A stretch of DNA of 24,000 nucleotides from Coleofasciculaceae cyanobacterium (lineage in GTDB: Bacteria > Cyanobacteriota > Cyanobacteriia > Cyanobacteriales > Coleofasciculaceae), in NCBI GenBank assembly GCA_036703315.1, contig DATNPH010000003.1, positions 8,141-32,140 of the forward strand, read 5' to 3'. Position 1 is the stretch's first letter. Each line of letters starts with the position of its first letter. Position numbers and translations under genes: made by a program. The notes beneath the pieces are model-generated. The model was not told the origin of the DNA, made no database searches, and saw nothing but the letters and a program-made list of their open reading frames with translations. Below, piece after piece: positions 1 through 10,574 of this stretch.

Positions 1-20
1 GGGAGATCCCCCCAACCCCC

Positions 21-228
21 CTTAAAAAGGGGGGCTTAATTAATGAAGAAATTGCGTTTCACAGGAATAGGCGATCGCCTGTTACTTAAACGCTGGCATG
101 AATCCTAATTCTCTCTACTTAAAAAGGGGGGCTTAATTAATCAGGAATTTGCGTTTCACATCAATAGACGATCGCCCTTTACTTAAGCTCTAGCTTGAAT
201 CTTAATTCTCCCCCCTTAAAAAGGGGGG
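21..228. repeat. 97-bp tandem repeat with two full units (21-117, 118-214) and a partial third; each unit opens with CTTAAAAAGGGGGG
   Basis: By hand alignment, units 1 and 2 are identical at 81 of 97 positions with no gaps. The unit start recurs at 21, 118 and 215. Each unit has a central HIP1-like core (GGCGATCGCC / GACGATCGCC). The block is bounded by inverted GATCCCCCCAA (5-15) and TTGGGGGGGATC (229-240). Confidence 0.85.
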
Positions 229-240
229 TTGGGGGGGATC
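205..240. repeat. Left inverted-repeat arm flanking the DUF559 gene (ATTCTCCCCCCTT ... GGGGGGGATC)
   Basis: 205-217 ATTCTCCCCCCTT is the exact reverse complement of 653-665. 231-240 GGGGGGGATC is the exact reverse complement of 614-623. The arm contains the hairpin CCCCCC-TTAAAAA-GGGGGG (210-228). Confidence 0.85.
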
Positions 241-611
241 ATCTCCTGAATACACTGACACACCCCCTCCCACTCCTTCAACACCTCATCATTACTAAAT
301 CTCACTACCTTCAACCCATAGCCTTCTAAAACTTGCGTTCTTTCGCTGTCATAATCTTTGCCCTCACTCGTAAAGTGGCTCTCTCCATCAACTTCTATTA
401 CTAACTTCAAGCTGGCGCAGTAAAAGTCAACAATAAAGTTATCAATAGGCTTTTGCCTCAAAACTCGAAATGGAAAATCTTTTAGATAGCCGTACCACAG
501 TTTTCTCTCTGGTGCTGTCATGTTCTTACGCATTTCCTTTGCCTTCTCTACGAGTTTTGGGTTATAGGGAAGGTGAAAGTCAGTCACTATTAAATCTTTC
601 TTGCTAGGCAT
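216..611 (-). CDS. DUF559 / Vsr-like (very-short-patch-repair fold) endonuclease domain protein
   Basis: The ORF track frame is 216..683. I place the start at the internal ATG (609-611, M25), because the upstream 24 codons are encoded by repeat sequence. The motif run LPYNPKL..A...R.NMT..E..LW...L......F.RQ.PI..FIVDFYC....L.IEVDG..H......YD..R...L...G..V.RF.N..V is the DUF559 signature as I recall it. The last 8 codons (IPPNPPF, stop) come from the C6/G6 hairpin repeat. Confidence 0.8.
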   Translation of the reverse strand: MPSKKDLIVTDFHLPYNPKLVEKAKEMRKNMTAPERKLWYGYLKDFPFRVLRQKPIDNFIVDFYCASLKLVIEVDGESHFTSEGKDYDSERTQVLEGYGLKVVRFSNDEVLKEWEGVCQCIQEMIPPNPPF

Positions 612-613
612 AC

Positions 614-665
614 GATCCCCCCCAGCCTCCTCACTAAAGCTCCGGCTTAAAAAAGGGGGGAGAAT
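614..665. repeat. Right inverted-repeat arm flanking the DUF559 gene (GATCCCCCCC ... AAGGGGGGAGAAT)
   Basis: See the 205-240 arm. The inner 10-nt and outer 13-nt arms both pair perfectly in nested order around the gene. Confidence 0.85.
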
Positions 666-675
666 ATAATTCGCA

Positions 676-885
676 TCACTCAATGTCTTCAGGCAATTCT
701 TTAATAGGAAGCCCTGCCTGCTCCATCAGTTCAACTAACTTCCTCACCTGCGCCATAGAAAGCTGAAGCCATTGATGTTTGCCGCTCTCGTATCTGCCGA
801 TCATATTGCGCGATAAACCCAAAGCATTAGCAAACTCTTCCTGAGTCATCCCCAGGCGATCGCGGACTTGCTTTAAAGTTGGCAC
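676..885 (-). CDS. XRE-family helix-turn-helix transcriptional regulator (69 aa, GTG start)
   Basis: LGMTQEEFANALGLSRNMIGRYESG is a textbook XRE/Cro-type HTH. The gene lies directly upstream of, and on the same strand as, the DUF559 gene. Confidence 0.8.
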   Translation of the reverse strand: MPTLKQVRDRLGMTQEEFANALGLSRNMIGRYESGKHQWLQLSMAQVRKLVELMEQAGLPIKELPEDIE

Positions 886-954
886 GTTGGGGTTGAAATT
901 TGAATCCTGGATGAAAAAGCGATTCTCACATCTTGCCGCATTCTCAGGAAGCGA

Positions 955-1200
955 CCAAACCCGCCCGGAGTTTAAACTCCGGGCTCATAGCTCAAGTCCA
1001 CTCAAGTGGACTGAATCCTTGTAGAGTCAGCATTTAGTCCTCTTTAGAAGACTTTCGTTATGAGCCTGCGAATTAATTCGCTTTTCGGGTGAGCAGGTAG
1101 ATGCAAGATGTCAGGTTCGCTAATCCTGAAATGCGATAGCGATAGCCAAGTGTTAGCGAGTCTTCTCCCAAGGGGAGACGCCAAGGGCGAACCTGCGACT
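955..1200. repeat. Cluster of intergenic hairpin/dispersed-repeat-like sequences
   Basis: There is a perfect 22-bp palindrome GCCCGGAGTTTAAACTCCGGGC (963-984) and a hairpin AGTCCAC-TCAA-GTGGACT (995-1012). The following sequence resembles the short dispersed repeats common in filamentous cyanobacteria. Copy number cannot be checked from this window. Confidence 0.45.
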
Positions 1201-1339
1201 CCTGCCCAATGCCCGACGATATGTATTAGCCCGATTTGTGAATCGACAAGATGCTGGCGACCACAAGCGATATCTCAGCCGATTCATGCCTGCCGCCGAA
1301 TTTGAAGGGATTTTTGACGCGCCTATCGATGAACTATCC

Positions 1340-2662
1340 TCAATCTTTCAGAGTGAATTCTGATTCGTCACTTCCCAGCGCCTGCCCTGCTAACCAAGCT
1401 GTTGTCCAGGCACTCTGAAAGTTAAACCCACCCGTAACGCCATCAATATCCAAGATTTCCCCAGCAAAGTAAAGACCTGGAACTAAGCGACTCTCCATTG
1501 TCTTGAAATCCACTTCTTTTAAACTAACGCCGCCGCAGGTAACAAATTCTTCCTTGAACACACCCTTCCCTTTAATTAAGTAGCGTCCCTGAGTAAGTTC
1601 TTGGACTAACTGATTTAAGGCTTTTTTCGATACTTCCGCCCAGCGTTCTTCTGCACCAATGCCAACCGTGTTGACTAGACTCATCCAAAGACGCTTGGGT
1701 ACAGCAACTGGGCAACTGGTCGTGATTTGGCGTCGGGGTAGTTGGGACTTGACCGCCGATAGCAGTTGGCGTAGATTATCCTGGCTTTGCTGAGGAAGCC
1801 AATTGATGAGTAAGGGCGTGTGGTAGTGCTGCTCGTGCAGGAATCTTGCTCCCCAGGCAGAAAGCTTGAGGACGGCAGGACCACTAACTCCCCAGTGGGT
1901 GATTAGTAATGATCCAGTTTGCTCCTTGAGTGTAGGCGGTGCCTCCGGTAATCGCAGGCGGACTTCATTGACACTCACTCCTGCTAAATCTTGCAAACGG
2001 GAGTCTGGGATATCAAAGGTAAATAGGGAAGGAACAGCCGGTTCGACGGTGTGACCCAAGTCTTTTACCCAGTGGTAGCCTTGAGGGTTGCTGCCACTGG
2101 ACAGGAGGAGGCGATCGCATTTCAAAATCTCACCCGTCTTCAACTCAATCTCAAACCCCCCTTTGGATTCCCCCCCTTGGTAAGGGGGGGCTAGGGGAGG
2201 GCGTCGCTTGACGGACTTTACTGCCGTACCTGTGCGAAGTCTTACCCCAGCGTCTTCAGCTGCCTTAATCAGGCAATCTACAATCGTTTCAGAATTATCC
2301 GTAACCGGAAACATCCGCCCATCTGCCTCTGTTTTCAGCTGAACGCCGTGAGACTCAAACCAGGCAACTGTATCCTTGGGTTGAAAGCGACTGAAAGCAC
2401 CCCGTAAGGCTTTACCCCCTCTGGGGTAGTATTGCACCAATAACGCAGGGTCAAAGCAGGCATGAGTAACGTTGCAGCGTCCACCACCAGAAATACGAAC
2501 TTTAGATAAGGGTTGACGCCCAGCTTCTAATAAAGTGACTCGTGTATGGGGATGAGCAGCAGCACAAGTAATTGCTCCGAAAAATCCGGCAGCACCCCCA
2601 CCAATCACTACAACATTTAAAGGCTTGAAAACCAAGAAAGCACCACAGAAAAAGAGTAACAA
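1340..2662 (-). CDS. HI0933-family (BaiN-like) NAD(P)/FAD-dependent oxidoreductase
   Basis: It has an N-terminal dinucleotide fold VVVIGGGAAGFFGAI, the family motif RISGGGRCNVTHA, and a C-terminal FAGEILDIDGVTGGFNFQSAW. The track start is a TTG at 2660-2662, 4 nt after the rubredoxin stop. The exact start is uncertain. Confidence 0.85.
   Translation of the reverse strand: MLLFFCGAFLVFKPLNVVVIGGGAAGFFGAITCAAAHPHTRVTLLEAGRQPLSKVRISGGGRCNVTHACFDPALLVQYYPRGGKALRGAFSRFQPKDTVAWFESHGVQLKTEADGRMFPVTDNSETIVDCLIKAAEDAGVRLRTGTAVKSVKRRPPLAPPYQGGESKGGFEIELKTGEILKCDRLLLSSGSNPQGYHWVKDLGHTVEPAVPSLFTFDIPDSRLQDLAGVSVNEVRLRLPEAPPTLKEQTGSLLITHWGVSGPAVLKLSAWGARFLHEQHYHTPLLINWLPQQSQDNLRQLLSAVKSQLPRRQITTSCPVAVPKRLWMSLVNTVGIGAEERWAEVSKKALNQLVQELTQGRYLIKGKGVFKEEFVTCGGVSLKEVDFKTMESRLVPGLYFAGEILDIDGVTGGFNFQSAWTTAWLAGQALGSDESEFTLKD
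2156..2200. repeat. C-run/G-run hairpin repeat embedded in frame in the flavoprotein CDS (encodes PPLAPPYQGGESKGG)
   Basis: CCCCCCTT-GGT-AAGGGGGG (2171-2189) is a perfect 8-bp stem. It has the same C6-TT..AA-G6 architecture as the hairpins at 16-34 and 210-228. Confidence 0.7.
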
Positions 2663-2665
2663 TCT

Positions 2666-2824
2666 CTATTCTGGTTCAAAATCTGATTTCGTCGCACCAC
2701 ACACAGGGCACACCCAATCGTCAGGAATTTCTTCAAAGGGAGTTCCTGGTTGTATTCCTGAATCTGGGTCGCCTTCCTCTGGGTCATAGACGTAGCCGCA
2801 AAGCGTACAAACGTATTTCTGCAT
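2666..2824 (-). CDS. Rubredoxin (52 aa), absent from the supplied ORF track because it is under 60 aa
   Basis: Hand translation of the minus strand gives [52 protein letters not shown] then a stop. It carries both iron-binding knuckles (CxxCG and CPxCG) and the conserved Y/W/F core. Confidence 0.95.
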   Translation of the reverse strand: MQKYVCTLCGYVYDPEEGDPDSGIQPGTPFEEIPDDWVCPVCGATKSDFEPE

Positions 2825-2882
2825 TTTTGTTCTCTAAATGCCTTTTTTACAATATTGCTTTACTCAAGAAATATAGCGGTTC

Positions 2883-5852
2883 TTAGTTGCTCAAGGGCAA
2901 TATTACAGTAAATGTCGTGCCTTTCCCAGCTTCACTTTCAACGCTAATCTCTCCCTTGTGTAAGTCCAGGCACTGTTTAACAATGGCTAGACCCAATCCT
3001 GTTCCCTGAATCGTGCCGACATTAGTAGCGCGATGGAAGGAGTTAAATAAGCGAGGTTGGTCTTCAGGGGGGATACCGATTCCTTGGTCTTGAATTTGGA
3101 AGATTGCACTGTCATCAACGTAGGTGAGGTTAAACTCGACAGTGCTGTCGCTAGGAGAATATTTGATAGCATTCGAGAGTAAATTAGTAAGAATTTGCCG
3201 CAGCAATTTTTCATCCATGCTGGTTGGGATGCTTTGGCGCTGACAAGTCAAAACAATTGTGTTCGGGTTTTCGGTAGTTAGTTGCAACTCTTCTACCAAA
3301 TTGCGACAAAATTCCACTAAATCTAATGGCGCTGGGTTGAATTCCAATTTGCCAGCTTCTGCTTTCCCAAGGATTAGGATGTCATCCAACATCTGAGTCA
3401 TGCGATCAACAGCTGTTTGAATGCGATCAAAATGAGTTTGTTGTTTTTCCTGTGACCAGCGATCGCGGTAACGTTCCAATAATTCGGTGGACGATTGGAT
3501 TGTCGTTAGTGGAGTGCGGAACTCATGGGAAGTCATGGAAACAAATTGAGACTTAAGTTCACCCAGTTCCCTTTCTTTTTGGAGCGTTTTGTAAATTTCT
3601 TCCTCCACCTGCTTACGGGAGGTAATGTCTTCGGCAAGGCCAGCAACACGGTAGACTTGTCCTTGCGTATTCTGTACTGGAAAGCCGCGATCGCGTATCC
3701 AACGCATTGACCCGTCAGGTCGCACAATCCGATACTCCTTGTCGTACTCTGCTTGAACCTGTTTCTCAATGGCAGCTTCGATGCGATCGCGATCCTCTGG
3801 ATGAATAGCGTCCAGCCAAGAGCGTGGCTGTTCATACAAACTTTCGCGGGTACGACCCCACATCTGCTCATACGCTGGACTGACGTAGATAATCTCAGAG
3901 GAGTCAAAAGAACTCATCCAGAAAACTTTATTGATATTTTCTGCTAACTGGCGGAAGCGCTCTTCGCTCTCCCGCAAAGCATCTTCTGCTTGTTTGCGCA
4001 GTGTAACGTCACGCCATGCCGCTGTAAAACCGTCGTCTAGTTTGGTAACGCGGATATCGAAGGCTCTGGTTAGTCGCTCTTGACCAAAAACATCCTCATA
4101 GAACAGGTCTTCTTTTATGAGTGAATTATCCGTTTCTACGACTTGGCAGTATTCGTCAAACAGCCCTGTTCCCCGATGGTTGGGGAGCAATTCACAAAGG
4201 CTTTTGCCAATCATCTCCTCCTTGGTCATCCGGTTATTTTCACAAGCGGCGGCATTGACATACTCGACTTTGAAGTCGATGATTTTGCCGGAGTGATCGC
4301 GTACTGCCGAGTAAATGCCAAAACAATCCAGCATATTTTCAACTGAAGTTCGGAAACGTTGTTCGCTCAATCGAATCTCTACTTCCGCCTGTTTAGAGGT
4401 AGTAATGTCACGGGCGATCGCTAGTACGGTTTCTGTAGAACCATCTGCCCCAAATTCCGGTACATGGCGGCTCTGGTAATACTTTAGTCCGTTGGGTGTT
4501 AATAAATTGAACTCAATTTGTTGTTCGCTGTCGGTTTGAAAAACTGTTTGTAGGGATTCGCCCCAGAAAGATGCCAATTCACTCGGCATCCCTAGCTCAT
4601 GATGCGTTTTGCCAATAAATTCTCTAGCTGGTAAACCAGTAGCGAGTTCAATGGCAGGGTTGACATAGACATGACGCAGTTCCCGGTCAAAGCGTGTAAT
4701 GATATCGGGGGCATTTTCAACCAGTGCTTTGAATTCTTGTTCGCGTCGGTGCAGCGTTGCCTCGGCTCTGGCGCGTAGGGCAACCTCAACAAGGAGTATC
4801 TCATTGAGCTGTTCTAGCTCAGCCGTGCGCTCTCTGACTCGATTTTCTAGCTGTTCATTCAATCGTTGCAGGACTTCTTCTGCCTGCTTGCGATCGCTGA
4901 TGTCCAGAGTCACTCCATCCACAACTACATCACCATTGTCCATCTGAAAATATCGGGCACTATCATGAAACCATTTCACCTGACCGGATGGGGTTATCAC
5001 CCGAAACTCATGCTCGACAGGCTCAAGCGTCTGATATTTCTGTGTTAAGACTTGATCGAACTGCCCTCGGTCGTCTGGATGGATTATTGTGAGCAATCGT
5101 TCTGGCTGGGCCATCACTTCATTTGGCTCTAAGCCAGTCAGTTCCCGAAAACCGACATTGATATAGGGTAAGGACATTGTGCCGTCAGGATGCAGCACTG
5201 CCCGATAGACAGTGCCTGGAATATTAGTGGCAATGCCAGACAAACGCTGTTCATTCTCGCGTAGTGCCATCTCGGCTTGTTTGTCAGCCGTGATGTTCAA
5301 TGTGCTGCCAACGACACGCACCGCCTTCCCCTTTGTATTTCTGACAATCAGTCCTTTATCCAAAACATACAGGTACTGATTGTTTTTGTGACGAACCTGA
5401 TATTCAATGGCAAAATCACTTCGGTTTGATAGGGCCTCTGAAACTTCGTTGCGGACGCGCTGCCGGTCATCCGGATGGATGCGCTCTGTCCACCATTCAG
5501 GGGTACATTCAGCTTCTTCAGGACGATAGCCTAAAACCTCAACCAGACCTTGTGTCCTGTCAACCGTATGTGTGTCGATATTCCAGTCGAAAATAATACA
5601 ACCCACAGCACTGGTAGCAAGCTGAAAATACGCGCTTGCTTGCCGCAGCTCTAATTCCATCTGCTGTAGTTTCTCAATGGTATTGCTCAGTTCCTGGAAG
5701 GCTTGCGCTATTATTTCCTGCGGTTGTTGCTCTAAAGGTAATTGATCAGCACTCTGTTGCAGTTGAGCCAGGCGTTGCTGCATATACTGTATCTGTTCTT
5801 GCCACTCATTGAAGTTCAGACTATTCATTCTTTTACTCTCTTCCCACTGCAA
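2883..5852 (-). CDS. Multi-PAS sensor histidine kinase (coiled-coil N-terminus, about five PAS/PAC modules, HisKA, HATPase_c)
   Basis: Each of the five modules ends in D(I/V)T..K(Q)AE, and three of them carry a PAS-like IHPDDR/IHPEDR signature. The H-box is SHEFRTPLTTI. The N box is LLSNAIKYS, and the G boxes are DQGIGIP and GTGLGLAIV. No transmembrane segment is evident, so it is probably cytoplasmic. Confidence 0.9.
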   Translation of the reverse strand: MQWEESKRMNSLNFNEWQEQIQYMQQRLAQLQQSADQLPLEQQPQEIIAQAFQELSNTIEKLQQMELELRQASAYFQLATSAVGCIIFDWNIDTHTVDRTQGLVEVLGYRPEEAECTPEWWTERIHPDDRQRVRNEVSEALSNRSDFAIEYQVRHKNNQYLYVLDKGLIVRNTKGKAVRVVGSTLNITADKQAEMALRENEQRLSGIATNIPGTVYRAVLHPDGTMSLPYINVGFRELTGLEPNEVMAQPERLLTIIHPDDRGQFDQVLTQKYQTLEPVEHEFRVITPSGQVKWFHDSARYFQMDNGDVVVDGVTLDISDRKQAEEVLQRLNEQLENRVRERTAELEQLNEILLVEVALRARAEATLHRREQEFKALVENAPDIITRFDRELRHVYVNPAIELATGLPAREFIGKTHHELGMPSELASFWGESLQTVFQTDSEQQIEFNLLTPNGLKYYQSRHVPEFGADGSTETVLAIARDITTSKQAEVEIRLSEQRFRTSVENMLDCFGIYSAVRDHSGKIIDFKVEYVNAAACENNRMTKEEMIGKSLCELLPNHRGTGLFDEYCQVVETDNSLIKEDLFYEDVFGQERLTRAFDIRVTKLDDGFTAAWRDVTLRKQAEDALRESEERFRQLAENINKVFWMSSFDSSEIIYVSPAYEQMWGRTRESLYEQPRSWLDAIHPEDRDRIEAAIEKQVQAEYDKEYRIVRPDGSMRWIRDRGFPVQNTQGQVYRVAGLAEDITSRKQVEEEIYKTLQKERELGELKSQFVSMTSHEFRTPLTTIQSSTELLERYRDRWSQEKQQTHFDRIQTAVDRMTQMLDDILILGKAEAGKLEFNPAPLDLVEFCRNLVEELQLTTENPNTIVLTCQRQSIPTSMDEKLLRQILTNLLSNAIKYSPSDSTVEFNLTYVDDSAIFQIQDQGIGIPPEDQPRLFNSFHRATNVGTIQGTGLGLAIVKQCLDLHKGEISVESEAGKGTTFTVILPLSN

Positions 5853-6349
5853 GATTATTACTGCAAGGCTTCTCCCAATTCACAATCCGCAGTTTCTCCT
5901 TTGTCGGTATTGTTAGAGCGAGAAAGGCTCAAGTGCTTTCTTTTAATATTTCTAATATTTCTGCCACTATAGCTTTGGGCTTTTTCTAGTTTGACGTTAA
6001 TAACACAACTTGGCTTGCACAAGAGCGATCGCGCCTTGCCAACTTGAAGACAATTGTAAAGTCACAGCCTAGTTGGAGTCTTCTCTCCAACTAAATAAGC
6101 CTCCAGAACGAGCATCCTAAAGACTTATCATTATTAGGTATTAGGGTTTTTTGTGTTTATTAAAAACCTAACCCTCTATAAAGAGAGAGTTGGGGGAGAG
6201 GTGACAACAGCCTCAGTGGTAGGTTACTTAACGACGCTCTGATACTAAGTCGTTCCTAAAATCGATTGTTAAATATACTTAAAAATAATTGACGAAATAA
6301 GTGTTATTTATTACTCATTAATTATCAGAAGTTTTCTAATAGGCTCGAC

Positions 6350-6553
6350 TCAATAACGTCGCGTTCTCTGAACGCCATAAGCCAGTCCTGTGCCAATTGA
6401 GAGCAAAATTAATATGAAAATCACAGCACCCGGAAGAGCAGTAAATCCAGGAATTCCAAAACCTCGAAGCACATAGACAAGAATAGTGATTGCAAAGGTA
6501 ATGGCAAAAGCGTAAGTAACTATTTGAGATTCAGATGGGGGAGATGGAGTCAC
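6350..6553 (-). CDS. Small two-TM membrane protein (67 aa), paralog of the next gene
   Basis: It has two hydrophobic helices. The motif VLRG.G...P..VI..I.L..IG.G...G......RR(Y/W) at the C-terminus is shared with ORF 6673..6891. Confidence 0.6.
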   Translation of the reverse strand: MTPSPPSESQIVTYAFAITFAITILVYVLRGFGIPGFTALPGAVIFILILLSIGTGLAYGVQRTRRY

Positions 6554-6672
6554 GGATTAAGTAATTCAAAATTTCAAAATGGAAAACTTAATTAACAGTA
6601 ACCAGTTTTTCAGTAATCAATTTTTTGGATAGAATGTGGCTGGTCGCCGCATATAGATAAAGGCACAACAGG

Positions 6673-6891
6673 TTACCAGCGCCTCATACTTCTAAGACCG
6701 CCCAAGATACCTGCACCAATCGTAAAGAGCACGATCGCCCAAATCACATACTCCGGAATTTGCTGAAGAACACCTGTCCCCCTAAGCACCACAATAATGG
6801 CAGTAATTACCAACGCTATGCCAGCAATATACAAAAGGATTGCTGTCGTTTGACTAGGAGGTCGTCGATTGGGGGGCGGTATGACAAACAT
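6673..6891 (-). CDS. Small two-TM membrane protein (72 aa), paralog of 6350..6553
   Basis: It has the same architecture and shared motif as 6350..6553. Confidence 0.6.
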   Translation of the reverse strand: MFVIPPPNRRPPSQTTAILLYIAGIALVITAIIVVLRGTGVLQQIPEYVIWAIVLFTIGAGILGGLRSMRRW

Positions 6892-6937
6892 CGCTGCTCT
6901 TGATGATTAAACAATCACGGCACCTATTCTCACACAA

Positions 6938-7020
6938 GAAGCCGTTAACAACTCAGCAGGTGAGCGATTGAAGGTAAGCTGTTCATTTTCGACATCCACA
7001 AAGATAGTGTCGCCATCAAG
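6938..7020 (-). pseudogene. Relic copy of the clpB 3' end (C-terminal 26 codons), no start codon
   Basis: 6941-7017 aligns without gaps to 7609-7685 (the real clpB 3' end) at 64 of 77 nt by hand count. Minus-strand translation gives [26 protein letters not shown], against Clp[27 protein letters not shown] (21 of 26 identical). An in-frame stop lies just upstream. Confidence 0.8.
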
Positions 7021-7040
7021 GAGCTTTTCTCACCACGCTC

Positions 7041-7454
7041 TTATCGGTAAGGGCCACCTACTAGCATAATCAAGACTAACATGCTTAACCAAAGTGCAAA
7101 GACCAAGTATATGATCAGGGCAAGGAGATTCAGCAATACCCCAACTGTACTCAAAACCCAGTTACGTTTGTTTCTAAATGCTTTGAATGCCTTGACAATA
7201 GCCGCGATATCTAGCACAAGAGTAGCGATCGCAGCCAGCCACCACCCACAGACTGATGACACGAGTGATTGCCACTCCAGCCAGACATGGGTGATTATAA
7301 GCAACCAAGCCACCATTAGCAGGCAGCCGCCTATCAGTTCTACAATTAAGCATTTCTTACCGCGTTTTGCCTGCCTGTAGTGGATAATGCTGAGTGTGGC
7401 AATTACCAACCCGTGCAACCCAGGCAATGCAGCTATTATTTGCAGGTCATTCAA
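7041..7454 (-). CDS. Hypothetical integral membrane protein (137 aa, about 4 TM)
   Basis: It is a long ORF with four hydrophobic segments and a TTG start in the track (start uncertain). I recognise no family. It sits between the intact clpB end and the clpB relic. Confidence 0.55.
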   Translation of the reverse strand: MNDLQIIAALPGLHGLVIATLSIIHYRQAKRGKKCLIVELIGGCLLMVAWLLIITHVWLEWQSLVSSVCGWWLAAIATLVLDIAAIVKAFKAFRNKRNWVLSTVGVLLNLLALIIYLVFALWLSMLVLIMLVGGPYR

Positions 7455-7535
7455 GGTCAGTGCAAGCGAGTTGTCACCCCTGCCGACATTAAGTTGGCTT
7501 TTTTAAAGTAACACAATGCTGTGCTGGGTTTTGAA

Positions 7536-7570
7536 TCAAAAAAACAGGCTGCGCTGCGGCGCAACCTGTT
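7536..7570 (-). terminator. Rho-independent terminator of clpB
   Basis: The minus strand reads AACAGGTTGCGC-CGCA-GCGCAGCCTGTT, a 12-bp stem with one mismatch, followed directly by TTTTTTT. It begins 26 nt after the clpB stop. Confidence 0.8.
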
Positions 7571-7595
7571 GCAGAGCGAGCATTTAGCGTTTAAA

Positions 7596-10223
<2,628 letters not shown>

Positions 10224-10574
10224 GTTGGGTCGTCGTTTACTCTTTAATACATAATTTCTGTAACTATAGTCATTCTAAAAAGTCGTACAACATCCCCTGG
10301 ATCGGTGTTCACGTATTCTGGCGGGGTATTGCCGTCCTTTTCTCTTGTTAGGCAGACAACTTCTGCAATGATGCTCCTATGCCATTGATAAACGTCTACG
10401 CAGACTTACCGCATGTGTTTTACCGCCTCAGTGCGGATGAGTGGAAGCGCGATCGCGCGGCTGGATAGCACAACCAGAGGAATGAAGCCGTGAACGGTGC
10501 TATTACGCTGAGCTAAGCTACTGACTTGTCCAGTATTCGTGCAGTCTCACTAGACCTCCTGCATGAATCATGAA

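Noticed and set aside
1-240. Possible CRISPR array, because of repeated G/C-rich hairpin motifs at regular spacing
   Set aside because: The whole 97-bp period is repeated (81/97 identity), so there are no unique spacers. There are only two full units, and no cas genes are present. It is a tandem repeat, not a CRISPR.
612-683. A 24-codon N-terminal extension of the DUF559 ORF, overlapping the HTH gene stop
   Set aside because: The extension is encoded entirely by the inverted-repeat arm (C-runs and G-runs). The conserved domain starts after the internal ATG at 611.
1108-1305. 65-aa ORF on the plus strand in the HTH-flavoprotein intergenic region
   Set aside because: It runs through repeat-like sequence, has no recognisable motif or ribosome-binding site, and has an odd Cys/Pro/Ser-rich composition. 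It is probably not coding.
1681-2054. Track ORFs 1681..1884 (-) and 1866..2054 (+) inside the flavoprotein gene
   Set aside because: They are alternative-frame or antisense ORFs nested in a well-supported CDS, with low-complexity products.
2987-5972. Multiple 60-124-aa ORFs antisense to or out of frame with the histidine kinase gene
   Set aside because: All are nested in a 989-aa CDS with clear domain architecture. Their products are Ser/Arg/Cys-rich, as is typical of non-coding frames.
7081-7380. 99-aa plus-strand ORF opposite the 137-aa membrane protein ORF
   Set aside because: The minus-strand product has coherent transmembrane helices. The plus-strand product is low-complexity with no features.
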